From assembly GCA_029717555.1 (NCBI GenBank), contig JAMDHS010000091.1, forward strand, positions 1 through 64,000: DNA of 64,000 nt. The letters run 5' to 3'. Positions 13,376 through 25,400 of the stretch are shown piece by piece (within the stretch, counting starts at the first letter, position 1; each line of letters begins with the position of its first letter). Under the pieces are notes generated by a model. The model was not told where the DNA came from. It searched no databases and was given only the letters and a program-made list of their open reading frames with translations. The DNA comes from Peribolospora baueri (Eukaryota). The translations under genes were made by a program, and so were the position numbers.

Positions 13376-15345
13376 TCACTTGAAGGCCACGGTCCTACCG
13401 GTGGGGTAACTGCTCATGCGAGGGTAGCGGGCCGCTGGCGCGCGGTCAGTGGCGAACGGGACCATCTGGGAGAAGTGGTTGAACCGCTCGACGGACTGAT
13501 TGTCCATGTGAACGTGCTCGGTGGACCTGACCGCAGGCAGTAAGCGATGGTGAAGGGCAACGCCGGTTAGCATTCGCTGACGCCTTGAACGTATGAATCC
13601 GGCCCATCGCTCACTTGATGAAGTCCTCGTCCTGCATGACTTCCCTCTCGACCTGATCTTTGCGCTTAGGCGTTTCCATCCTGTTGAAGCTGCCCGTGCT
13701 GCCACCGTTCTCGAAGATGTTGCGAGTCGAACGAGTGCGGAGGCAGTCACTTCCGGGGGACCAATCAGCTCGGGGGAGACGAGAGGCGGGGAAGACAGTC
13801 AATGTGACTTCTTGTTGTTTCTGCTGTCGCCCTGCTTTTTGGATGAGGTCGGTGTAGGCGCGCGAGGAAAGAATGACCCTTTGGAGGTAAGCAAATGAAC
13901 AGGAGTGAGCGAGACGGAAAGCAAATATCCAACGGGAATGAAGGGCCGAGAAGGGAGGCGAGCTCTTACGACATAGTTGTGGCAAAGGGTGGGAACCAGA
14001 ACTGCATGCTGTTTGATGTGGACGAGATCATGGATACATGATGCAGTAGAGGTCGGTAAGGGGCGTCCTCTTTTGTAAAGTTTGAAGCTAGACGAATACA
14101 TACACATCGTTCAGTTTGATGAGGACAAAAATGAGCGTGATGATGTTGGCGCAGCACACGGCAGCGACGTAAAGGACGCCGCTTGAGATGAGCCTATCTG
14201 TGGGCGAAGAACTCTTTCCCATGGGGGTATGGAGCAGCTTATATCCCGTGAGTATTAAGCAGGAGACGTCAAACACTGTAGATCCCGACGCGAGTTAGCA
14301 TTTGTATGGCGAGTGGGACAGCCTGAAATGAATGATAGAAAAAAAACTCACCCTCTGTCACAACTACATCGTAGGAGTGGGCCAGACTTAAAGTCAGAGA
14401 CAACCATTGAGTATTGAAAGCGGATGGGTAGTGTGGCCAGACCGCTCACCGTAGGAAGCAGAGTAGAACGACTTGATGTTCACGGCGCTGCAACCGGTAC
14501 CCTCGACGAAAATTGCGTTCAACGAGAAAGGCTGCCAGATCCAAAAAGAACAGACGACTTGTTCGTAGCGTGGTTTGGGAAGATGAGCAGAAGGAGTTAG
14601 TATTCCGTCCCGTTGGCGAATTGCCAGTCGCGAAATGACGAAACGAAGCTCTGCAAAGTGCCGGATAGCTCGAATCGGCTCGTCGCTCACTGAGATACAA
14701 GGGACCCATGCCCATCAGTACGTATTTCTGTTTTGTCCCAACCCAAACGGCGACAGTGCGAAGAGCGAAGATGGCGGAGGAACAGCAGACGGCCAATGCG
14801 CCCATCCAACCTATGAGGCGGATCCAAGTTTGGCACATGTGCGTGGGTGTGCCGGTGTGGCTGTAAATGAGCATCACCACCCAATCGGCGATGAGGCATG
14901 CCCTTGCGCTGAGGTAGAACTGCGATGGTTCAATAACGGGGTCAGCAACGGCCGATGACCTCCGAAGAGAGGCACGCGCTTGAGCACGCCGCTCACCAGC
15001 ATAAGCCAGTGGAATTCGATCTTCCCAACCACCATCTGGAAGTCCCAGTGGCAAGTGAGAGCAAACTCCCAGGACTGTAATAATGTCAACATAGATGGGT
15101 TCATTCGGAGTGAGCCAGGCCCTCAACAGTGAATAATGCCTTGTATTCGAGCTCACCCAGAGACCGAAAAGACAGAAGAGATATGCTTGGTCTTCAGACA
15201 AAGAACGCGCATCAAGGCCTTTAAGACATCGTCGCGGGAGAGCAAGCAAATAGCATGCAGCTGCTGTGACGACCTTGAGGAGCATCGAAGACTCACATGC
15301 CTTAGAATCGCGCAGAACCTCGTGCGGATCAGACCAGTCGACCAT
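13376..15345 (-). CDS. Uncharacterised multi-pass membrane protein (DUF6533-like, possibly 7TM); many small exons; 3' end uncertain
   Basis: Manual splicing: MVDWSDPHEVLRDSKA|YQAYLFCLFGLW|SWEFALTCHWDFQMVVGKIEFHWLML|FYLSARACLIADWVVMLIY...CQTWIRLIGWMGALAVCCSSAIFALRTVAVW; later hydrophobic exons FDVSCLILTGYKLL...GVLYVAAVCCANIITLIFVLI and VILSSRAY. Confidence 0.65.
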
Positions 15346-17645
15346 TCCGAGAGCGGCTTTTGTGGGTTGAAAAGAAGGAGAGGAACTTGTGGCCTTCGAC
15401 AAAGATAACCACTGCAAGTCAAGGAGAAGATCGGTCTGGACCCCCTCTCAGATCGGTGCCTGGAACGGGGAACAAAATGGACAAGGATGAGCGGGGACCA
15501 TATATGTGGTTGCTCGAAAGGGTCGACTGAGGGGAAGCCTCGAGAAACGAGGGGACGGGAAATGAATACAATAACTAGCGAGGTAAAGAAAACATAGCAG
15601 CCGAGGTGAGATCTGGAAGGCTTGCCAACATGTAATCGAAATTTGACTATAGCGTAATCGCCGACATGGCGCATCCAGCCTTTTGACTCTTCCAAAAAGA
15701 GGCGCATGTGAGAGGGAAACCAGGAGACGGCGAGCGGCATTGAATGAAAGACTTTGCGACTGGCGTTGTGACGCTATGAAAACTCACGCGAACGTCATTC
15801 GGGATCGGATACATGATTTTCGTGCAGAGAACGGACGTGAAAGAGCATTGGACTCCACGGAGGATCAACGTTGCAGCCACGAGATGACGAAAGCTTGTTT
15901 GCGGACCGGGGCAGCGCGGAAAAGGACGCTTGTGCAGACTTGACCGAGAGCTGGCGCTTGAAAAACAAATTATCCTCCCTGCCCGCTTCACCCACGGAGA
16001 CGCGAGGAAAGGGCCCCACTTAACAAATATCACCACGCCATAAATGAGTCCGGTTACCGCGCACGCAGGAGAGCGGAGAAGGTGAGTGAGCGAGCGGAGA
16101 CCAGCGGTCCGACGTCGTACAGTACGCTTCAGTACCTGTCATGAGCCTAGCCACACTGCGGGGCGACCGAGAAGAGCCGTTTAATGGCATTGCCGGGCTC
16201 CCTCTTTCTCGTTTGCCCATCCATCTTTTCCGTAAAAGCAGGTGAGAGATGGCGAGATGGTCACAGAGAATACCTTCAGCTTCGCAACCGCCCTAGTGCA
16301 GGTGGTTGAGTACTGGTAAGGAGATATTGGAATATGCATACGGGACGAAAGCGGTCGAAAGAGCGCAGATGGCGGAAGACTCGGTTTCCAAAAGAAAACC
16401 GAGTGGAGAAGAAGCCGATGGACCATATACAGGCAAAACGAGCCGGAGAGCGGCGAGTTGCGCACAGCACGTCACCTGATGAAGGCCTTGGTCTTTTGTT
16501 CGATTTCGTCAGCTTAAAAGCCCGCCTTTTTTCCCAGTCGAGGAGGCACTCTGCAGACAAAGTAATAAGAGTGTACGGTTCTGGCATCAGTCTCACATGT
16601 CAGATTTCTCAGAGCTTCAATGGGGCTCAGACAATAAGTAGACTCTGAGTAAGGGGGACAGATCACGAGAAGCGCGGACTTGACAGGATGGAACTGACGG
16701 TCCAGACTGAGTGGAGTGAACGTTGGCGACAACGAAGGTTCTGTGATGCAAAGGCGAACAACTTGCCTATACTCCAGTTGGGCCATCACTACAAGTGACC
16801 ATCCCGACGCGAAGAGGAATTCGGTGCGATCCATCGCACCGGCTCCAACGACACCGGGCGCGGCGGGACGCGACTGGGAGTCAATTTTGTTGCGTGTGCT
16901 TGTACCTGCATGGGGGTCACGTCAAAGAGCGCACATTCCAAAGGGCACGGCGCAAGGCTGCCCGGCTGTACAACGTTGCGCTCAAAGTTTTTGACTCTGG
17001 GCAGGATGAATGATGCGCACGTGTGTGGCTAGGTAGATGATTGTTCGCCGTCAGGGCCGTGAGTGGGGTAACGTAGTCACGTCGCCAGAATCGAACTTAG
17101 TTGTCGTTCGTGCGGGCGTAGTGAGCTTACGTGGTGGATGAAGACAAGACATACCAAACCAAGACTCTCGCACGAACGGTGACAGTGATGATTGCGGCTT
17201 AGGACAGTCACGAAGGCAACGTCAACGTCTATGTGCCGAGGAAGTGAGAGCTCACGTCGTCCCGGACGCTTACGTGAGGAGGGATCACTTAGGTTGCTAC
17301 ATAGGGGGCGCTCCCGGAGCGCCACTTATATACTCGTAAGGGCTTCAGCCCTCGAATGCGGAAGAGACAGGAAGAGATAGAGGGCGCAAAGGGGTCCGAG
17401 AACTAACGGATTGAGGAATGCTCTAGCGTCCTTCTAGGGTCAGACGCGGACACAAGCGGAGATGACCGGACCAGCAGACTATAATGCCATAGCAGTCTCA
17501 TCACGTGCCGCTATCACTGCAGCGTGGCGTAATCTGCTCTACTAAATGCCTCTCCGCTGAACGTCATAACCTCGTCTGCTAAACATTCGGGGCAAAGACG
17601 AATGACAGTGGCCTAAATATAAGTTTAAGATGATTTCCAAGTAAT

Positions 17646-19436
17646 TCAGGCAGGTTGCGAAGCGCCGGACGCCTTCCACGCGGAGAGGATGAGGTCGACG
17701 ATGGCGTCGATCCCCTTGCCTTCTTTCATAGACGAGAAGATGGTCGGGCCGCGGTCGCGCTGTCAGTATGGGGTTTGTTTTAGGTATCGTAAACCAAGCC
17801 AAGGCAGACGGGAGCGATGCGCGAGACGGGCCGAAAGGAAGTGGTCAGCAGACAGGCTCCAGTTCGGTGAGACGTCGAACAGCCTTAGCACTGCAACGTA
17901 TGGGGACGAAGCTCACCATTTTGTCCGCATCTCTCCGCATCACTCCGAGGTCCGAGCCGACGTACTGAGCAATGTCAATCTGTAAGGGAAGATGGAAGCA
18001 GCAGCTCTACATCAGCATTTGAGGATGCATCGCCCGCGGCCCGCGGCCCGCGCTAGGCGAGCCGACGGTGACGCTGCGAGCCATGTTGAGCTTTTCAACT
18101 TGCCTTGTTGATGACCAGGAGATCAGACTGAGATATTCCCGGCCCTCCCTTTCGAGGGATCTTGTCTCCTCCTGATACGTCGATCTGCATCGTCGCCACG
18201 GTGTAAACGGAGAATCACGAGCTAGGGTCAGGATCGAGTCTGACTGGGGACGCAAGGTCGACCAGCATCGACGAGAAATGGACACATGCGACGTAGATGA
18301 TATAATCTGCCAACTCCCTGGAGTAGTTCGCTGTCGTCGCAGAAAGCAAAACGGAGATGTGTCAAGCGCATGGCGGCCATCACAAGACAGCTCGCGTCAT
18401 GTCATGAACGTGCCTCGAGCGCACCTGCCAGATTGTCTCCGCCACTCTCGACGAGAAGGAGCTGGGTGTTGTACTCTGCTTGCAGCTCTTCAAGTGCGGA
18501 TAGGTTGGCACTGATGTCCTCACGAATTGCCGCATGAGGGCAGCCGCCTGAGTTGGCACGATAGCAGAAAGGAGGATCGTTCATGGTAAACGAACGAGTC
18601 AGTTTTCTTTCTCGTCTCGCGCTCTTGCTCGTCCCATCGGAACGTTCCCTCACCGCTTCCGACTAAGTTACAGGTTACTCACCAGTCTCGATCGCCCTGA
18701 TCCTCCCCTTATCCTCCAGCGCCTTGTTCCGAATGAGGAACTCTTGGTCCTCCTTGGTGAAGATATCGTTGGTAACCGCCGCAATGTTGTATTTCGTCCG
18801 CAGGGCCTTGCACAACGCCAGCATCAACGCCGTCTTTCCTGAGCCGACAGGCCTGGAAGTGCAGGAAGGGCCACAGGGTGGAGGGAAATGGCATCAGCGG
18901 TCGTCCCGAAGAAGACCGAGCGGCGCCGCAAGAGTCTGGCTCAGTAGGACTCACCCGCCTATGCCGACCGTGAAAGCCCTCTCTTTCCAGTCACGAGAAG
19001 AGTAGTCCGGGAGGTCTCGTTCGGCAAACTTGCCTGAAGGGCGTTGTGCCAGCGCACAGGAGAGAGAAAGGCCGAGAAAGCGGCCCGTGTTGACAGTGTC
19101 CACAGGGAAGAAAGGGTCAACTCGACATACACACGGCCTTCAGTCGCCAGTTGTCCGCTTTCGGCCGCATTCTCCCCTCTCCTCTCCTCTCCAACTCGCC
19201 ACATGCCGGACGAGCGACTCACCGGCGTGCTCCAAATGCTCATGTGTGTGTCCATGCTCCGCCATTCCTTCCCCATGAGAGTGGGTGTGGCTCGGCCCGG
19301 AGCCGCCATCGTGGTCGTGCGAGTGTCCGACGGCACCGTCGACAAGGCCCGAGCGGTCGCCATTCAGCGGGCCCGAGCCGGTGCCAGTGCCTGGCTTGGT
19401 ATCGAAGCGACAAACTTGACCGTCGGAAGCAGCCAT
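17646..19436 (-). CDS. ureG: Urease accessory GTPase UreG (fungal Ure7 type, His-rich N-terminus), spliced
   Basis: His-rich HSHDHD...HTHSH...HGHTHEH; GIGGPVGSGKT P-loop; [54 protein letters not shown] and VINKIDIA. Confidence 0.96.
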
Positions 19437-19594
19437 GGTTGGAGGGTTGGACTGGCGGTCCAGGGAAGCGTCTTGGACGGGACGAAAGGCGAGGGCGAGC
19501 TGCAAGGTGAGCCATTAGATACGGCTATGTCCCCGTATCCCCGCGTGCACGAAGCGCGTGACGGACGATCGATCGCGTGCAGGGTAAGAACTTC

Positions 19595-21770
19595 TGTTGG
19601 AGCGGCCGAGGGCGACCCCGAGGGCGTGTGTTGCCGACCAGCACGTGACAACGGTTCGCTTTTTCTTCGCCTTGGAATCTGTTTGAACCCCGCTGCTATC
19701 TCATGGAATATCATCACTGTCTACGCACCTCAGCTCAAAATTCAGCCGCTCTGTCAGCGCAATTCAGCAGGTTATGAGCCCAGCTTCAGCTAGAACAGGC
19801 GGCAAGGGGACTGGGACGTCTTCAGCAGGCGATCTCGGGTCAGGTGCGCCTAGACTCACTCGGGTCAGGGAGGCCGACGAGGTACCATGCGAAGATCGCA
19901 AACATGGTCAAGGGCGTCAACGACGACAACGACGACAACGACGACAACGACGACACCGCTTCATGGTTGCTGCAGAGAGTACAGAAGCTCAATGCGACAA
20001 AATACGGCAGCTGGAGGAACGTCATGATCACCACGCTCCAAGCGATAGGACTCTGGTTTTTCATCGACCCCAATGAACCGGAGATCGACATCGACGATGC
20101 GGTCAGCTATCACTCGGACGAGGTCGACAGGGACGCAGCGGCCATGAACTACGGCTATGTTCTCTAGATTGTCAAGATGGCGGTCACCCAGACACTCGAC
20201 ATCTCCCAGCGCAGCCTGATCGACAACAGCAGAACGGCCAAGCAAGTATGGACCGATATCGAGCGGATCCACGTGAATCCGTCCACCAGAATGCGTCTGC
20301 ACTCGGAGCTTGAGGCGGCAAAGCCTCGGCCCAAGGAGTCAATGTTAGACTTCTTCTGCCGCATGACGACGCTCCGCCTCAATTTCATCGCAGCCGGGGC
20401 CACACTGGGAGATGAAGACTTCACCTTCATGCTCCTACGCAGACTCCCAAAGTCTTTCGACGGGATCAGGACGACATATCGGATCAATGTCGACCGATTT
20501 GGTCTGTCATCGTCCGATGAATTTGTTCAGACCTTCGTCCAGATTGAAAAAATGCAAAATCTCGAGAAAGCGGGCAAGTCGACGCCACCGACCGAGACCA
20601 CCATGGCCGCAACTGACCCGAAAAAGGACAAGAAGGCCAAGTTCAAGGGCAACTGCCACTGCGGGAAGAGCGGACACAAGAAGGCCGATTGTCGGACGAA
20701 GAAGCGTGAGGAACAAGAGCGTAGAGCGGGCGGCGATGGCCGAAAAAGCGATTGAAGCCTTTCCCTTCGTTTCCTTTTCGCCGTGGGACGCAGACACCCA
20801 GAAGGACGACTGGGTTCTCGGCAGCAACGCCAGCAAGCACATGGCAAACGACAAGCGCTGGTGCGGGCAGTATCAAGCCTTTGAGGTTCCCCAACAAGTC
20901 ACTGTCGGTAACAACGCAACACTCATCGCTCCAGGATCGGGCGAGGTTCACTTCACCTTCCCCGATGGACGCTCTGGGACGATCAGCAACGTTCTCTACG
21001 TGCCAGGGCTGGTTGTCAACCTTCTCTCGTTTTGCCAGCTGACGAAGCGCGGCTTTGTCATTGAGGCGTGGAACGAGGAGATCAAGGTCAAGACCGATGG
21101 AGGGCAGGAAGTCATTGCCGGACGCGTCCAAGAAGGACTGTACAAGTTGAACTTTAGGCCCGGAGCAAGCCCTTGACGCTCAAGAGTCGGTCGAGACTGG
21201 ACCGATTGAGATTGAGGCCGAGAGTGATTCCGACGGGAGCGACACCAGCACCGACACCGAGGATGCGGATGAACAGCTCCCCGCAGAGTCAAACGGGACT
21301 CTCAACAGCCTAGAACTTTGGCACAGGCGACTCGAGACACGGATTCGTTTGACGGTGTAGGAGACGGTGGCGTCTTCTTTCTGGAAAGTCTTTTCACAAG
21401 GTCGATGATTCCTCTTTCATAACCCTAAGGGCCTCGGTCCAGAATTCCTTTCCAATATCGGTTGAGACGAGGAGTGGCGGGTCATTTCGATGATTGTGCA
21501 GTTCGCTCGTTCCGCGACACCGTTCCACTGGGGTGTCTAAGGGGTAGTCGTCTCGTGGATGATCCCCTTGCTTCTCATGAAGTCGGCCGATGCCCCACCG
21601 GTGTACTCTCAAGTCGACCATCGTCGATTCGACGCTCTTCGTGCGGTGCTGAACACCAGGAAGAACGTGGACACACTTCGAGGCAAAAGATAAAAGCACA
21701 AGCGACCCGCTCAGCCTGGAAACAGAGGCGCTCGCGTCATCTAGACGTCTATCGCTTCCAGTAGATCCAA
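19595..21770 (+). mobile_element. Degenerate Ty1/copia LTR retrotransposon fragment (gag, protease, start of integrase, then an inverted integrase piece; no RT/RNaseH seen)
   Basis: CA|GGTTATGAGCCCAG PBS-like site at 19770; gag-like ORFs split by TAG at 20165; knuckle CHCGKSGHKKADC; protease-like WVLGSNASKHM...VLYVPGLVVNLLS; LELWHRRL at 21310; minus-strand GIIHETTTP*TPQWNGVAERANCTIIEM at about 21480-21570. Left boundary (TG at 19595) is tentative. Confidence 0.88.
19918..19954 (+). repeat. (CAACGACGA)x4 tandem repeat inside the gag-like ORF (NDD repeat)
   Basis: caacgacga repeated about four times. Confidence 0.8.
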
Positions 21771-22474
21771 GCCAGGCAGCCAGCCATGTACGGTGAATTA
21801 AGTCCGCTCAGTCTATGCCCACATATGTAGTCTCCTTCTGTAGTCTCTCCCTCCCTCTTTCCCTCCTCCCTCTTTCCCAGCCACGCCACGCCATGGCCCG
21901 GTTCGGCCCTGGCTCCCAACCGAATCCATCCATCTCGTCGTTGTTGTTTCTCTTTCGGCGACCTGGACCGGCATGTGCTTGCGTACCCCGAAAAACCGCT
22001 CTACGTCTAGTCTCCGGTATTCGTCACTTCTGGCGACAACGCCCCGACCCTGCCTTCCGACTCGTCCTTGACCGTCGTCCAAGTCAGGTTCCGTGCAAAC
22101 TCTGGCAAATCGAACCCCAGTCCACTTAGTCTTCCACCCGGACCTGCGCTTCTGCTTCTCCCGCCTCTCCCGCTCCGGCTCGGTGAAGGGTCTGACGGAG
22201 CACCCCGGGATGGGCGTCGCCCGAGAATCGTAATGGCGACACGGAGAGAGAGGAGGTGAAATAGTCCCCGGCGCTGGCGGTGACCACCCGCAGCCTCCGA
22301 GCTCTCGCGTCCCTCGAGCAGGAACCGGAGAGCGCCTGGGCTTTGTGGTTCCGTTCCTCACCGTCGTCGATTGCCTTGGCTTTGCTTTGCCCGTTTGTTT
22401 TGTCTACCCCCTTTCCGTTACGTGGCGGTGAGTCGGACGGCCGCCGCGTTGGTCGCCCTCTCTGCAAGTCGTCG

Positions 22475-25400
22475 TCATCCGCCTCCTTCCGCATCTTCCC
22501 CGGCCCCCTCCGCTCGACGCTTCTCGCCGCCCTCGTCCTCGTTCCCGGACGATTCCTGAAGCTCGCCTCCGATGCTTAGCGCTTCTCTCACGAACGGCAA
22601 AGCACGCTCATCCGTCACCTCAACGAACACCTTGGCTGGAAACGGCGGTGCAGAACGTCGCCGCCGCCTCGATGTCTGGTTCTTCCGCGTGGGCGAAGAC
22701 GCACCGCTCGGTCCTGTCCCGCCGTCGGCGACCGGAGGAGACGGTAGATTGGAAAAGACGAGTTCAGGATTCGGAGCCGCTTCCATGGCGATCGCCAACG
22801 TTCCCTCGACGAAGTGGCCACCATGTGTCTCCACAGGCACGAGGAGCGTGTCGAACCAAGATCGGACCCTGGAAGATGGACGGGACACGGCCGGGCTGCT
22901 CCGCGCAGAGCTTGACGCACTCCACCTTCCCGACCGCGAAGCGGACGCTGGGGAGACGAGCTTGGAGAACGAGACGAACATATAAAACGGGAGGCAACGC
23001 ACAACCTCTTCCTCCAACCCGTCTTCCTTTCCTCCGTCTCTTCGCTTCTGCTTCTCCCGCGCGGCCGCTTCGGCTTGAGACGGTGGAGGGGTGGAGAAGC
23101 TCCGGCTCGTTCGACGCCATGCGGAGAGGAGCGACTGGGCCAGGGATGGGGAAGTCTCCTCCTCTTCCTCCGGGGGCAAAGTGAGGACACAGTGAAAGAT
23201 TTGGATGAGCTCCGACGCCTTTCGAGCGCGAGACGGAGTTCGCGATTGCAGTCGCGACGGTCGGTGTTCATCGCTGCTCTCTTGAGCAGACACAGATGTA
23301 GATGCATACGGTGGCGCCGATACCACATCGACCGGTTGCTTGATCGAGGAAGGGTCGGGCCAAGTGTGAAAGAGAATGCCGGCGCACCGCAGCGCGTACT
23401 TGAAGAAGGAAATGATGCGCTTGGGCGGCTGGTGGGTGCGATTGAGGAATGTCAGCGGATCGAGTGGTCGGGAGGGCGAAGGGGACGTAGCTCATGCGAA
23501 GCCGAAGAAGTTGGCCGTTGCCGAGCTCGGAGTCGTTCCCCTGGACGAAGTCGACGCTGCGGGAGTGAGAAGGGGAAGCGTGAGGGCGTGCCGGGGTTGG
23601 GTGGGCCGACGAAAGCTGCAGGCCATAAAGTCCAATGCGAAAAAAAAAAGGACAAAACCTCGTCGAGGTGAGCAATCGACACTGTGCACGCGCGTCGAGT
23701 CGAAAATGCAAACGTCGTCTCAGGAACTGACCTGGTGTTTTTGAACTCTCTCCTCTTCCTCCCCCTCTCTTCCTCCCCCTCCCTCCTCCACCCTGTTTCC
23801 CTCTGCTCCGCCTCAAACATGTCCGCGATCAGATCAAACTTTTTCATCCTCCTTTCCCCGTTCATGTACAGACAAGCGGCGACGAGTTCTCTCAGTTCAT
23901 CGTCTCGAACTTCCGATAAGGCTCGTCGTGCGCGCATTCCCATGCTCCGGACGAACCCGTGTGACGCTCCCAAAGGGTAGCGAGCGCCCCGTGAGGACTC
24001 GAAGCAGTCCAGATATCCACCTCGGGGCCCTGTGAACCAGATTTGACACGTCAACAGCACAGCCCCCCAATCAAAAAGTCCAGGTCAAACGACGCCGAGT
24101 GGGAAAAAAGAGCAAGGAGATGAAGAAAAGAGAAAGGTGACCACCCAATAGCTAACCGTCCCCGGCGGATTCGCCAGCGCAGTGACGATCTCAGGGCAAT
24201 GGAAGGCAGGGCTCCCACAACAAGTGGTGAGCTTAGCGCCGCTCCTGCTAAAGTGTGTGGCCAGTCCAAAGTCCAACACCTTGACCTGGAGCGTCTGGGC
24301 GTGGACGACGATGTTCTCGGGCTTGATGTCGCGATGGCAGACTTGGAGGGGGTAATGGATCGCCCGGAGGGCGGAGACGAGTTGAGAGAAAATTTTGCAG
24401 GCGGTGGGAGCAGAGAGTGTGTTCGAACGTTCGGGATCGTGCGTAGGTGGTCGTGTCGTTCCATCGGCATCCATGGGCTGTGGTTTCGTCAAAAGGGCTT
24501 CTAGTGTGTCGTAGCCCTCTAGGTATTCTTCTGTGTTTCACCAAAGATAATATTTATTGACAAAAGTTTGAGCCTGTTGGAACACGCTAATCCGCCGAAG
24601 CACGTCGGAGGCGATGCGGACGCTGCAGAAGAGTTTCGCACTGCGCCTGGGGATGGCCTTGAGATGTGTACTGGTATGCATGTTGATAGGGGTATTGAGG
24701 CTCGTGCTGGAGCGGCGTCGGCTGCTGGTGGATCGAATACCGCGGGAGGGGCCGTTTCCGAGGGTCTCGAGGCAACCTGCTGTCGTCCGCTTGCGTTGCA
24801 AAGGCGGAAGGCGAGGGAGAGCCTCGGGGTGTCATCGTCCTCATCCTCGAGGTAGAGCCGCCTCGTCCTTGTGATGGTGGATCACCAAGCGGCCGAGGGA
24901 GCCGAGCATCCACCTCGTCCGCTCTTCGTCGTCGTCCGTTCGAAGAGAACCGCCCCTCGGCGCTCCCCTTTCTTCCTCCGCCTGTGCCGCCAGCAGTGAG
25001 GCGTGCGTCGATGCATATTCGACGCGTCGCCCAACCGGGGCTGCTGGCTCGCCGTCGTGCTGCTCGCGTCGTTCCGAGCCATCTCCGTCCCTCGGGCGCG
25101 AAGGCAACGACGGAGAGCCCATTAGCCGCGGCGCAAGCGAGCGACAACTAGCAGCGATGTAGGAGCGCGACGCAGGTCGAAAGGCCCTGGGTGGGTTGGG
25201 TATCGGCTGAAAACCAGAGAGGGGTGAGAGCGCACAAGACGAGGCAGAGGGCCCGAGCCGCGCTCGTCCACGGCGACGATGCGTGGTGGTTGATATCAGC
25301 AAATATAGCGTGGGAGGAAAGGAAAGGAAAGAGAGCGGGAAGTGTCAAGGACAAGGTGAGAGCGCTGCTGGCCGGTCGTGCGACGTTGACGGAGACATCG
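22475..25400 (-). pseudogene. Ser/Thr protein kinase (CAMK/AMPK-related), apparently disrupted; boundaries uncertain
   Basis: Intact EEYLEGY...CHRDIKPENIVVH...VLDFGLATHF...TCCGSPAFHCPE; the next exon GPEVDIWT is out of frame with the downstream ARYPLGASH; no Gly-loop or VAIK found upstream in the frames read. Confidence 0.6.

Noticed and set aside
15290..15300. Possible GC donor (AAG|GCATGT) in the membrane-protein gene
   Set aside because: The GTGAGT donor four bases later gives the correct phase with the next exon.
17646..19436. ureG as a horizontally acquired bacterial gene or part of a urease operon
   Set aside because: It has multiple spliceosomal introns and the His-rich eukaryotic N-terminus, and no other urease genes are adjacent.
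21770..22100. 3' LTR or target-site duplication for the copia element
   Set aside because: No second copy of the 19595-19769 segment was seen by eye; the element appears truncated.
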